Source of the DNA: Cercozoa sp. M6MM
Lineage: Eukaryota > Protista > Endomyxa: Ascetosporea
Assembly (NCBI GenBank): GCA_040357565.1
Contig: JBDODJ010000061.1
DNA: 64,000 bases
Reading direction: 5' to 3' (one strand)
Part shown: in pieces, positions 54,061 to 64,000 of the stretch
Numbering within the stretch: position 1 is the first letter of the stretch
Layout: each line of letters opens with the position of its first letter
Made by a program: the position numbers and the translations under genes
Notes under the pieces: generated by a model
Told to the model about the DNA's origin: nothing
Seen by the model: only the letters and a program-made list of their open reading frames with translations
Database searches by the model: none

Positions 54061-54928
54061 TCATCTACGGAATTCAGTTTCGCCGTTTGACGGATCGAAC
54101 GGCGCTGGAGGTTCGGGCTCAGGCGGAACATAGATTTTCTCTCCAGTGAGCGGGTTGACGCTGCTCGACCAGTTCTTTTGCAGTGCTCGCGCACGACATC
54201 GAGCTCGCCACTGAGGAACAGCAAAAGTGATGCAATACTAATGTTTAAATTGTTACTGTGTGTGTGACTGAGCGGACCTTCATCCTGTCATCTTGATACT
54301 TCAGACGCATGCCTTCGGTCGTCGGTTGGTACTCAAGAGTGAGAGGATTGTACGGAACACTAGGACGATTTGCGCTTGCTTTCGTGTTGTTCTTTGCAAC
54401 CGAAAAACAAACATCAAACAAAAGCAGAACCTGTGCGCAAGTATAGTTTACCACTCGCGTACGAATCTGCTGCCACTTTTGCTGTTCTTTGAGCTTTTGT
54501 TGAAGTTCATTTTGCTCGTGTTCGGCGATGCGTTGCTCTCGTTGTCGACGAATGAACTCGGCGCGTTGCTGTTCGTGAAGGTGTTTCGCGTGCAAACGTT
54601 GGTGTTCACTGGCGGCAAAGTCGTGCTCAAAGCGCTCGCGGTCGCCGAGATAGCCCGGGTCACTTTTGTCCATATGGAAGATGCGCAAATCGTTTTCTTC
54701 AGGGTGCCGCATGAACCCAAAGTCACGTTCGCGCAAACGTCGTCTCTGCGGGGGAAAAAATAATCAAGCACCGAGAGGTACATTACGTACTGTACCTCCT
54801 TGTCTTCTGATGTCAAGTGACGTTCCTCTCGCGGAATTGTCTTTAAGAACCTCTGCACGCATTTATAGTTGCAGTTTCACAAAGAGCAAAATGACGCGAT
54901 TGTACGATCTTTCGAGGAGGTTCGACAT
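54061..54928 (-). CDS. Coiled-coil protein with YNPLTLEY / NPLTGE motifs (possible flagellar protein)
   Basis: Five exons splice in phase from MSNLLERSYNR to ...ETEFRR-TGA (54061-54063); Q/E/R-rich coil followed by SVPYNPLTLEY...LKYQDD..KWRA..RA..L...NPLTGE. Confidence 0.75.
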
Positions 54929-55178
54929 GCTCGGGAGGCAAAGGTTTCTGTGTGTCCGCAAAGGGTTCTTTCTGAGCGATGTTCGAAAACATTACACTAG
55001 CTGCAGTGCAGAAGGGCATCAGTTAGGGACACGCGAGGAGCTTAACCGTGGTAGTTAAAGGTGTATTCCGTATTCAAACACTTCCGCGCGTTGGCGCTAT
55101 TGATCCCAAATTGCAGAATTTCCAGGGACTGAGGACCGAGAACCAGGTTCGTGGAGTTGGGTAGCGAATGGCAGCTCT

Positions 55179-56349
55179 ATGGTAGCAAACACACTCCCGG
55201 AGTTGTTGCATGGTCTCTTGCATGGCGATGGCCACGAAATGAAGGCTTCAAGGGAAAAGCTTCAAATGGTTTTTGAAAACCTTGAGAGGTACTTGGCATG
55301 CTGCATCTTGACGGAAAGAAACATCACACCCTTTGATGCGAAGTTTATAGGCAGCACAAAAAAGAAGAAGAAAAGAATTTGGTTTGGGGACAAGACATGC
55401 TTCAACTGAAAAGTGGGGCTCTCGACTGGAAACTGTTCGAAGATAGCCTTCAAAAGGCAGGTCTGATTGACGTCAATGACAGTGCTGTGGACGAAGCGAA
55501 AAAGCGCTGCCCCTTTTCAACCAAAAAGGTTGACGGTGCAGTTGACAATGACGCAGCTGTGGAAAAATGCCCTGTCACCGGAAGCACCGAAAGCATCGGA
55601 GCTGAAGCAACGAGCACGGGGTGTCCTGTGATGAAAGGCGCTGAAATTCGCCATGTTTCTCGCGGCAGTCGCATAACCATCGAGTTTCAGCTGCAAGTAC
55701 CCTGGAGCAGCGATCCCATACCTGTCGCAATGCCACGCAAGCACCTGACAGCCCAACGATTTCTGCGTATCTATCACAAACTTATTGAACTGTGCGACAT
55801 TCACATTCCAAACGTCAGTTTACTGGGACTCCATAGATTTCAGTGTGAATTTGCCGTATCAATTATGTTTGTGTAGCCAGCATGGCGTGACGTCCAGTTG
55901 CGTTCGACTCGGAAGGCGGCTCCATTCGACGCACAAGACGAACTCACCGATGAGCACGCCGCTCACGCGCTCGTCATCGAAACTCGAGCTTTGTCACAAC
56001 TGACTGTGTACTGCATGCCGATGGGAGAGCGCATTGTACTGCACAACGTTCCTCGTGGAATGACATTGCGTTCTATGAAACTGGCTGTCGGCAAGCGTAT
56101 CTTTAAGAACGAACTCGAAGTCGCCATTGCGCTCAATTTCGCTCGGGTGTCGCACTATCTACACTGACCGTAAGCCAGGAGAATTATTCGTAACACTTTT
56201 ATCGTGTGCAGCACCAAGCCTACGCCACACGTGCTTGTCCGGCCAATGGCTTTGATGCAGAGCGCGTCCTGAGCAACGCTACTCGTCTCTACGCCCTCAA
56301 TCTTCGCGACAGTGGTGACAAAATCATCCTGCAGCTACCTCGCTCCTAG
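55179..56349 (+). CDS. Hypothetical protein with three Cys-Pro motifs and probable ubiquitin-like domain(s)
   Basis: Four in-phase exons; CPF, CPVTG, GCPVM; C-terminal LTVYCMPMGERIVLHNVPRGMTLRSMKLAV...VLSNATRLYALNLRDSGDKIIL has a beta-grasp pattern; TAG 56347-56349. Confidence 0.7.
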
Positions 56350-56489
56350 TATGTTAAAAGAGCTATACAACTACTTTGCTGTACTGATCAACATTTGGCG
56401 TTTGACAGTACAAATCTTGCGCGCAACTGTGTTAAGAGCATGAAGACATGTGACGAAGCAGAGGAAGCGAGTTTTCGGGGCTGCTTGTT

Positions 56490-57415
56490 GCTACGAGTAC
56501 TGCCTGTGGCTGTGTGCTTCCTTGCCGGTGCTGTAGCATACTATGCGCGGTGGCAAGAGTAACTAATCCGACAGTATTCTTTCACATCTTAGCACTGTAA
56601 AACTGTAAAAGCCACTTACGGCGGTCCAAGAAAAAAGTTCCTGGACTGGTGAGGAAGCACCGATTTCGTCCCGAGTGAGTTTTACTCGACGCATTTAAAG
56701 ACTGAAGCCTACTATCATGTCAAGCATCAGATCACGTCACGTAACAGTACCGGCAGCATTGACTGTAGCTCGATTTGTTTCTGTCCACATCAATCAATCA
56801 ACTCGGCTGACCACTCGTTCGCGTAGGAGCACATCCCAGGGCCCAGTCATGTCAGAAAGAAAGAAGTACAGTGTTTAACTAAGGTTGAGAGCTGAGAGAC
56901 GAGCAGCTCGAAACTGCTCCAGGCAAGTCAGTTTGTTATATTCTTCGACCAAACCACTTTACACTCTCCACTGTAACTTCCAACGTTTAGTTCAAAGTGT
57001 TCGAGACAGAGCTTCAACAAAGCATGTTGAGTGAAAACGATTTTCTGAAGGTTTTTAAGCGCCGCACGGTCCGGCCCCACAAGTGGTCCCACACCGCCAG
57101 AAAGTAAATGCGGCACTCGCCTAGAATTTGCGAGAAACGCTCTCACATAACATGGTTTGCTAAACTATTGTGTTCAGTGACAGTTCAGATGCCCATACAG
57201 CCCGTGGGACACCTCCAGATACGCCAGCGAGCGAACTCAATATTTCTCTCCCCCGATATTCTGGGACGCTGCTTGACAGTACGCTATCACACTAGTAATC
57301 ACGGCAAGTGTGTAGTGCTTTAAGCAGTCTAGGCACGCCTTTACGTCTAAGCAGCCACGGTGGAAGCAGATTTCGGCAAGTTTCTCATTTTCTTTAATCT
57401 TTTTCGCAGAGTGCA
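56490..57415 (-). CDS. Probable multi-exon hypothetical gene (structure unresolved)
   Basis: Several short open minus-strand segments bounded by GT/AG; no consistent start found. Confidence 0.3.
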
Positions 57416-57539
57416 CTAAGCACCTGGTGCATTATGCATTGGATGCGTTTTTCAACGATGGTTTTGGTTGCAATGCAGTAACGTAGTGCAACTAACCCTA
57501 CCAGCTCGACTAAAAACGAAAACATGTCCATTTCGCAGT

Positions 57540-60500
57540 TTACTTGCGGCGCGAGCCGTCCGGGATCTGCAGTCCGAGCAGAGGGTAAAGGAAAACAAAA
57601 AGGCAGAGACAAGGAAACACTACGTAGAGCAGGTCGGCGACGCCGTTGTTCTCCTCGGCCGTCTTGTCGACAATGAAGAAGCCCTGGGGTGGGTGAGGGT
57701 AACGGGGGTAAGGGGGGTATGGGGTAAACAGGAAGCGAGACACCTTGCGCATGAGCTCGACGACGTCGCCCTTCTTGAGCGAGGCGGCACCGGCCTCCAG
57801 CAGCGCCTCGTGCACGCGCCAGGTCTCCTCCTGTCCACATGCATGCATACATACACATACATACATACATAAGCATATATGTATACACCAACATACCGGG
57901 TTGGCAGCAATGTCCTCAATGTTGGCATCACCGTCCTAAGGGCACACGAAAGGTAGGGAGTAGGGGGCAGGGGTGAGGGGTGGTAAGACACACAGGCAGA
58001 CGCACCTTCTTGGTGGTGATGAGGTGTCCCAAAAAGATGAGACGCGCCTGCAGCGGCTGCACCGAGCGAGCCACCCAGGTGACCTTGCGCGCCTTCTTGA
58101 CGTCACCCTCCGACAGGTTCAGACGCGTCGTGACGCCAGTGACGCTGCCGGTGTCGTCGCGCTCGATGCCCGTCACCATCATCTGCCCGGGGGACGGGGG
58201 TAAAGGACAGGGGTAGGGTGAAACAGGGGGATAAACAAGGGGGTAGGGCGTATACCGGTCCCCAGTTCATAAGAACGACGTCCTGACCCTCGACAAGTGC
58301 CTCAGCATCAGCACGCTCAATCAGCACTTGCTTCGACTATCGGGGGAGCGGGGGTAATAGGGGGGTAAGAGGGGGGGGGGGTAAAGAGATAATACCAGAG
58401 TGAGAGCACGCTCACCCGCCTCAGCCACACGCGGCACGCGGCGGATCTACTGGGGAGGGGGGTAAGAATACTTAAAGGGGTAATACTAGGGGGGTAAGGG
58501 GGGTAACCATCTTGGTGTCCGTGTCGGCAGCGTCAACGACAGTGAGCGGCACCAGCGTCGCCTCGGACGAGTGCTCCACGGCAAAGAGACGCGTGGCCTG
58601 CGGGTCAATCACGCGCTTGTTACGCGCCCAGATCTTGTCCCACTCCATGTTGTTCGTGCGCTTGCTCGTCGCCTACTCTCGGGGGGGGGGGTAAGGGGGG
58701 TAACAGAGGGGTGAGGGGGTAACAGAGGGGGTGAGGGGGGTAACAGAGGGGGTGAGGGGGGTAACAGAGGGGGTAACGGAGGGGGTAAGAGGGAAGGGGT
58801 AAGGCACCTGCTCCATGCAGAAGCCGCGCAAGGCGTCCAACGTGAGGCCGCGACGCATCACGCCGCGAATCGTCGGGAAACGCGGGTCATCCCAGCCTGT
58901 GCATAGGGGGTGGGGTAAAGGGGTAGGGGTAAAGGGTGGGCAAAGGGGTAAAGGGGTAAAGGGTGGTAAAGGGGGGTAGGGGGTAAGGGGGTAAGAACCC
59001 TGCACGCGGCCCTCCTCGACGAACCACTTCAACTTGCGCTTCGACAGCACCGTGTACTCAAAGTTCTACGGGGGTAAGGCGGGGTAAGGCGGGGGTAAAT
59101 AGGGGGTAAATAGGGGCAAATAGGGGGCAGAGAGGGGTAGAGGGGGGGGGTAAAGCCCACCTGTCGCGCGAAGGGCGTCACGTTGGGCAGCTTGAGTTCG
59201 CCCGACGCGACGCGGTCGGCAAACATGGCGTTGTCGCCCACCGTGAGGCGCCACATGCGCGCGTACTGCTCGTCGCGGTCCTTGTACTCGATGCTGCGCA
59301 GCGCGTGCGTCACGCCCTGTTGGGTGAAGGGAGGTAAGAAGGTACACACGGAGGTTAAGCGGTAGGGGCCCATGGGGGTAAAGGCACCTCAATCGAGTCC
59401 ACAATGGGACAGCAGAAGTCGTACGTCGGGTACACCTTGTACTGCACACAGACCACGGAGTACATATGGACCGGACATGGTCCGTACATATGGACTGTTT
59501 AGACTGGACAAAAACAAAAGGTACCTTGGTGCCATGACGCACGTGCGGCGCGTCCAGCACGCACCGGTAGCACACCGGGTCGCGCAGACAGCCTGCAACG
59601 ACAGGAAAAGTAAAGAGGGCAACAGGGGTATAGAGGAGTATAGATGGGCATAGAGGAGTATAGATGGGGTGAACTACCATTGAGCGAGTCCGGCACCATC
59701 TTGATGCGCACGCAGCACTGAGCACCCAGGGGGTAAGGGGGGTAAGGGGGGTAAAGGGTCAAAAGGGGAGGGGGTAAAGCCTACCTCGGCACCGCGCGGC
59801 GTGCCCTTGATCATCTCCTGCCACAGCGCGAGGCTACGCGGGTGGGGTAAAGGGGTAAGGGGCAAAGCGGGAGGTGAAGGGGGGCAAAGCCTACTTCTCC
59901 TCGACGGAGCGCGTGCGGCACGGCGACTCCTGACGGTTCATGCGGAGCTCCTTCATCTCCTCGGCCTGCACGCGGATCGACAATGATCCCCAGCGAGCAC
60001 GTGTGCCAGTGAGCACGTGTGTACCGGAGTATCATCGACGTAGCAGACGCCCTTCTGGAGCAGGTGCTCGCACACCTGCATCAGCAGGTCGAAGTGGTCG
60101 CTCGTGTGACTCACCGAGGCAAAGTCCACCTGTGCAAGTGGGGGGGGGGGNNNNNNNNNNNNNNNNNNNNNNNNNNNNNNNNNNNNNNNNNNNNNNNNNN
60201 NNNNNNNNNNNNNNNNNNNNNNNNNNNNNNNNNNNNNNNNNNNNNNNNNNCCCCCCCCCCCCCCCAAAACAACAACGCACGCCCAGTCGGTGCACATCGG
60301 CGAGAATGGCGTCGACGAATTCGCCGCTTTCCTTGGTCGGATTCGTGTCGTCGAAACGCACCAGCATCTTGCCCTCGAACTTCTGTGCACACACAGCCTT
60401 AAACATAGCCAGCAGAGGTTCCCTTAACTGTAGCCAGCAGCGACCAGCTCCCTTAACACAAAGTAAAAGGAAGGCCAACCTTGGCGATGGTGTCGTTGAT

Positions 60501-61232
60501 GATGCAGGCCTTGGCATGGCCAATGTGCAGGTAGCCAGACGGCTCAGGCGGGAAGCGCGTCACCACCTTGCCTTGCCACTCGGAGCCTGCGCCAATCACG
60601 TGTCCCACTTGCACACGTGTCCCATACACGTGTCCCACTTGACCGGACTCTCTTAGTCAACGAGAGGTACCAATGCCAATGTCCCACGAGGCACCGTCGT
60701 CCTGCGACGTCTCCTCCTTCTGCAGAGGTGTAAAGAGGGTAACAGGCGGGTAAAGGTGCGGTGGGGAGGGAGCAAACTACCGGCTGCTGCATGGCCGAAA
60801 TCGTGGCCGCCCAGCGAATCGCATGAGCGTACTATAAAGGGAGGGTACGGGATACAGGGGGTAAAAGAGGTAAAATACGATAAAATAGGGGGTAAATTTA
60901 GCCCTACCTCCTTGGCGTGCATCTTCTTAATCACCGTCCAACGCGGGTTCTTCATCAAGGCATCGTACACCTCCTGGTCGGCCTGCCGATGACACCCAGA
61001 TATATATGCACTGTTGGGATCGACAAGCCAAAACGCGTACCTCGGAAGCAACGGCTCCGTTGAGGAAAGCACGCATGAACAAGTGCGCGTTCAGCTCGGC
61101 CGCCTTTTGCGGCAGCGTGGCCTTGCTGCCCAGCTCACCGGCGAACGCGCTCCCTAGACATAGAAACCCCCCTATCCAAAGAAAGATAATTCCGCGCGTA
61201 TGCAACATACAGTCCTGCGACGGCACCGACAT
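57540..61232 (-). CDS. EARS1: Cytosolic glutamyl-tRNA synthetase with short N-terminal GST-like region
   Basis: [20 protein letters not shown] (HIGH), [72 protein letters not shown]. Exons join in phase across the 60151-60250 gap. Confidence 0.96.
58692..58790. repeat. Intronic ~21-nt G-rich minisatellite (GGGGGTAACAGAGGGGGTGA-like)
   Basis: Four to five tandem units inside a GluRS intron. Confidence 0.9.
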
Positions 61233-61399
61233 TGCTACTAACTTCACTCACACGCCAGCGTAGGGTGCGATGAGGCTTCCAGAGCAAGATCTTATATATC
61301 GGCTCCGGCTCACGGGTTTGTGAGCCCATAGAATTGCAACCACGAAGAGACTGAGCGCGTTTCTACTGCTGTATTCTGCACGAGACCGATCGTAACAAC

Positions 61400-62068
61400 A
61401 TGCTGGCCCGTGCCTCGGTTGCTGTGCGCGCTCGTGTCGCTCGTCATTTCTCGGGTATTTCCGCAGACGCTCATCTGACCCGTTTTATTTGGCCAGGGGC
61501 TGTGCTTGTTTTTTTTTTTTGTCTGTTGTGTTTGGTTTGGATGTGCGGTGGTGGTTTGCGCAGTTTACTTCACCGAGTCGCACGAGTGGGTGCGACTGGA
61601 CGGCAACGTAACGTGTTCCTCCTAGTCACTGGTGTCTCTTGTGGCATCATCGTACACTCATACGTGCAGAACGCCACGATTGGCATCACGGACCATGCCC
61701 AGGAGCAGCTCGGCGAGATCGTGTTTGTCGAGCCGGTCGAAACCGAAATCGACGTGCAGAAGGGCGACGTACGATCTACACTTTTTCGTAACTGTGTGTG
61801 GGGATGCTGTGGCCGTTGATTGTCTGCTGTGTGCTTGCAGTCGACGTGCCAGGTCGAGTCGGTCAAGGCCGTGGGCAGCGTGTACGCCCCGGCTGACGGC
61901 AGCATCACCAAGTTCAACGACGCGCTCGAGGACGAGCCCGAGCTCGTGAACGAGTCGCCCGAGGAGAGCGGCTGGCTCTTCAAGATGACGGTTGAGGACG
62001 CCGAGTCTATCAAGAGCGACCTCATGGACGAGGCGGCCTACAAGGAGTTCCTCACCACGGTCGAGTAG
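61400..62068 (+). CDS. GCSH: Glycine cleavage system H protein, mitochondrial
   Basis: Presequence MLARASVAVRARVARHFS; FTESHEWV, IGITDHAQEQLGEIVFV, lipoyl-Lys VESVKA, ELVNESP..GWLFK; 3 introns; TAG 62066-62068. Confidence 0.97.
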
Positions 62069-62408
62069 ATTGATAGCGTAGCCAGGGTAGTCAGTTAGTT
62101 CAGTCGACTAAGAAACCAACTGTCGTATGTAGTTTCAAGTTCCCGTACGTAGCGACTGCCGAACTAGACCGTAGAAATCCGTTTCAGTTGAAAGCTCTTA
62201 GATTCCGGTGGGTGTGCTAATATTAAAAAATCCTACACGGCTTCAAAGGCGCTGGTCGTAACAGATTTCCGATTTGAGACACTATTTTGGCTCGTGGGGA
62301 GAAACGAAATCCAGTCTTGACTGGTTGCGTTTTTCGGCTCGTCGAGAAAGAGAAACGCAGCCAACCGCATTTCGTACTTGTTTAGGTGTGTTCGCTTCTC
62401 CATGGCAC

Positions 62409-63964
62409 ATGCCGTCCTCTATGGCACCCGAGGTTGCCGTCAGTGGTTCTGAGGAGGTGAAACCAGTTCGCGTAATCGCTCGGGTCAGGCCTCCGCGTGA
62501 GGTTAATCGCGATGCGGTTCTTCCTGTCCAAGTGGCTGGTGACTGCATTCAAGTGCAGGTGCCACGCACTCGGCCTGCTTCAAGTCAAAAAAGGTGGACT
62601 TAAACTTATACTTCATTGTCGGTTCGCTTGCGTTGAGGTCTCCGCGTGCGTAGGTCAGGGCAAACACACGAAGTAAACGAGTTATTCTTTGAGATGGACG
62701 CTGCTTTCGACAGCGATAGTACGCAGCAGCAGATGTTGCAGAGGAGTGGGGCTGTTGACGCGCTGGAAGCAGCTATTCAGGGCGGCAGGGGAACGGTGCT
62801 CGCGTGTAAAGCTGAATTATCAATTTTATTTTGGCTTCCGTCAAGAAAGCGAGCGTAGTCAAGCTAAAATAAATGTTATGCTTGCAGACGGATCAACTGG
62901 AAGTGGAAAGTCGTACACGATGCTCGGGGGACAAAAAACTGCGTCAAGTCTGGCTGAACTCGCAAACGCGCCTTCTGCCGTCTTGCGTACAGTTTACTTT
63001 TAAGTTCAAAGGAAAACTGAAGGTTTCCGGCTTCGGGAGAGTGAGCTTATTGTCAGTATAAATTTACTTGCCGCAGCATCGGATGCAGGACTCATGCCAC
63101 GACTGTGTCTTGAGCTATTTCATCGTCTTTCAGACGACTGTACTGTTCGTTGCCAGGCTTTGGGTATCGGTTCTCTTTCGCATGCTGGTATTGTCTAAAT
63201 TTTCTGCGACCGATTTTAATTTGAACTGCAGAAGTGTACAATGGGGCAGTCTGTGACCTGCTGGTCGGACGCGAGAAACTCGAAGACAGACCAGCGAAGG
63301 CAAATTTTGATACACGCCTGACTGCGCACCACCGAAGCCATTCAAAGGGACAACTGCCAGTTCGAAGGGCAGGTGGACAAAACTGCGCGGATACGTTCTT
63401 CGCTGACGGCGCCTTATTGGTCAGGTGCAAGAACGCACAAGACCTGCTCGCGGTACTGGCACATGCGCACAGCAACCGAGCCAATGCAGCGCACGCGCTC
63501 AACGACGTTTCCTCACGCTCGCATTCCATCGTCACCGTTTATGTTGAAAGACCAGTTGAAGGTACCAAAGTCACTCTTCGTTGTCGCATACGAAACTAGC
63601 TACTGCCTGTGAAATTTCAGGAGGTCGATTAGTTGGAAAGTTGAGCCTAGTCGATCTCGCAGGCCAGGAAAGACTAAAGCAGAGTGGCTCACAGGGTCTA
63701 CAACTGCAGGAAACGGCCGCGATCAATAAAAGTCTCTTTACGCTGGCGCGGGTGGTTTGTCGCATCTCTCGTCATGAACGAACTCATGTGCCTGTAGGTT
63801 AATCCATGCTGAGACGTTGTTTCCGCCACATTACAGTTTGAGAAAGTAGGTTCGCAACTCGACGTTGACAAAACTGCTTTCCGACTCTTTAACGGATGCA
63901 GGAGTCACTACACTTATCGTGTGCCTACATGCAGAAGCTTGCTTCTTGGTAAACACACACACAT

Positions 63965-64000
<36 letters not shown>
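62409..64000 (+). CDS. Kinesin motor protein (N-terminal motor; runs off the window)
   Basis: VRVIARVRP, P-loop AYGSTGSGKSYTM, SSRSHSI, LVDLAGQER, INKSLFTL, TLTKLLSDSL. Confidence 0.95.

Noticed and set aside
56440-56562. 40-aa single-TM microprotein ORF
   Set aside because: Short, unsupported, and antisense to probable exons of a minus-strand gene.

Overview
Gene-dense, intron-rich nuclear DNA of a eukaryotic protist, very probably a rhizarian (Cercozoa-type), judged from the extra Asn-Gly residues between polyubiquitin monomers. It is not prokaryotic: most ORF-track entries are exon+intron read-throughs. I spliced about 25 genes by hand (all introns I resolved are GT-AG; standard code, all three stops used). 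Recognisable products: RCC1-repeat protein, TLC-domain protein, polyubiquitin, SPOUT1, MED18, NDUFAF5, TRMU/MnmA, a ~1,200-aa uS10m-like protein, formin, DH-PH-FYVE RhoGEF, OFA-type MFS transporter, LSM14/Scd6, DGAT2, cytosolic GluRS, GCSH and a kinesin, plus orphans. CDS coordinates are gene spans including introns. Best leads: (1) a structured ~130-140-nt element present twice (13.2 and 41.1 kb), each copy at a gene 3' end, GT..AG-bounded, with H/ACA-like boxes and a compensatory stem change; (2) telomere-like C-rich (TTACCCC) intron fill also found inside a TIR/TSD-bounded MITE; (3) an intronless His/Gln/VPV-rich orphan ORF whose ATG lies inside a direct/inverted repeat cluster; (4) a giant uS10m with a possible second S10 domain; (5) GTAC-dominated 5' splice sites lacking +5G. 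No rRNA, tRNA or CRISPR array seen. There are five assembly gaps.
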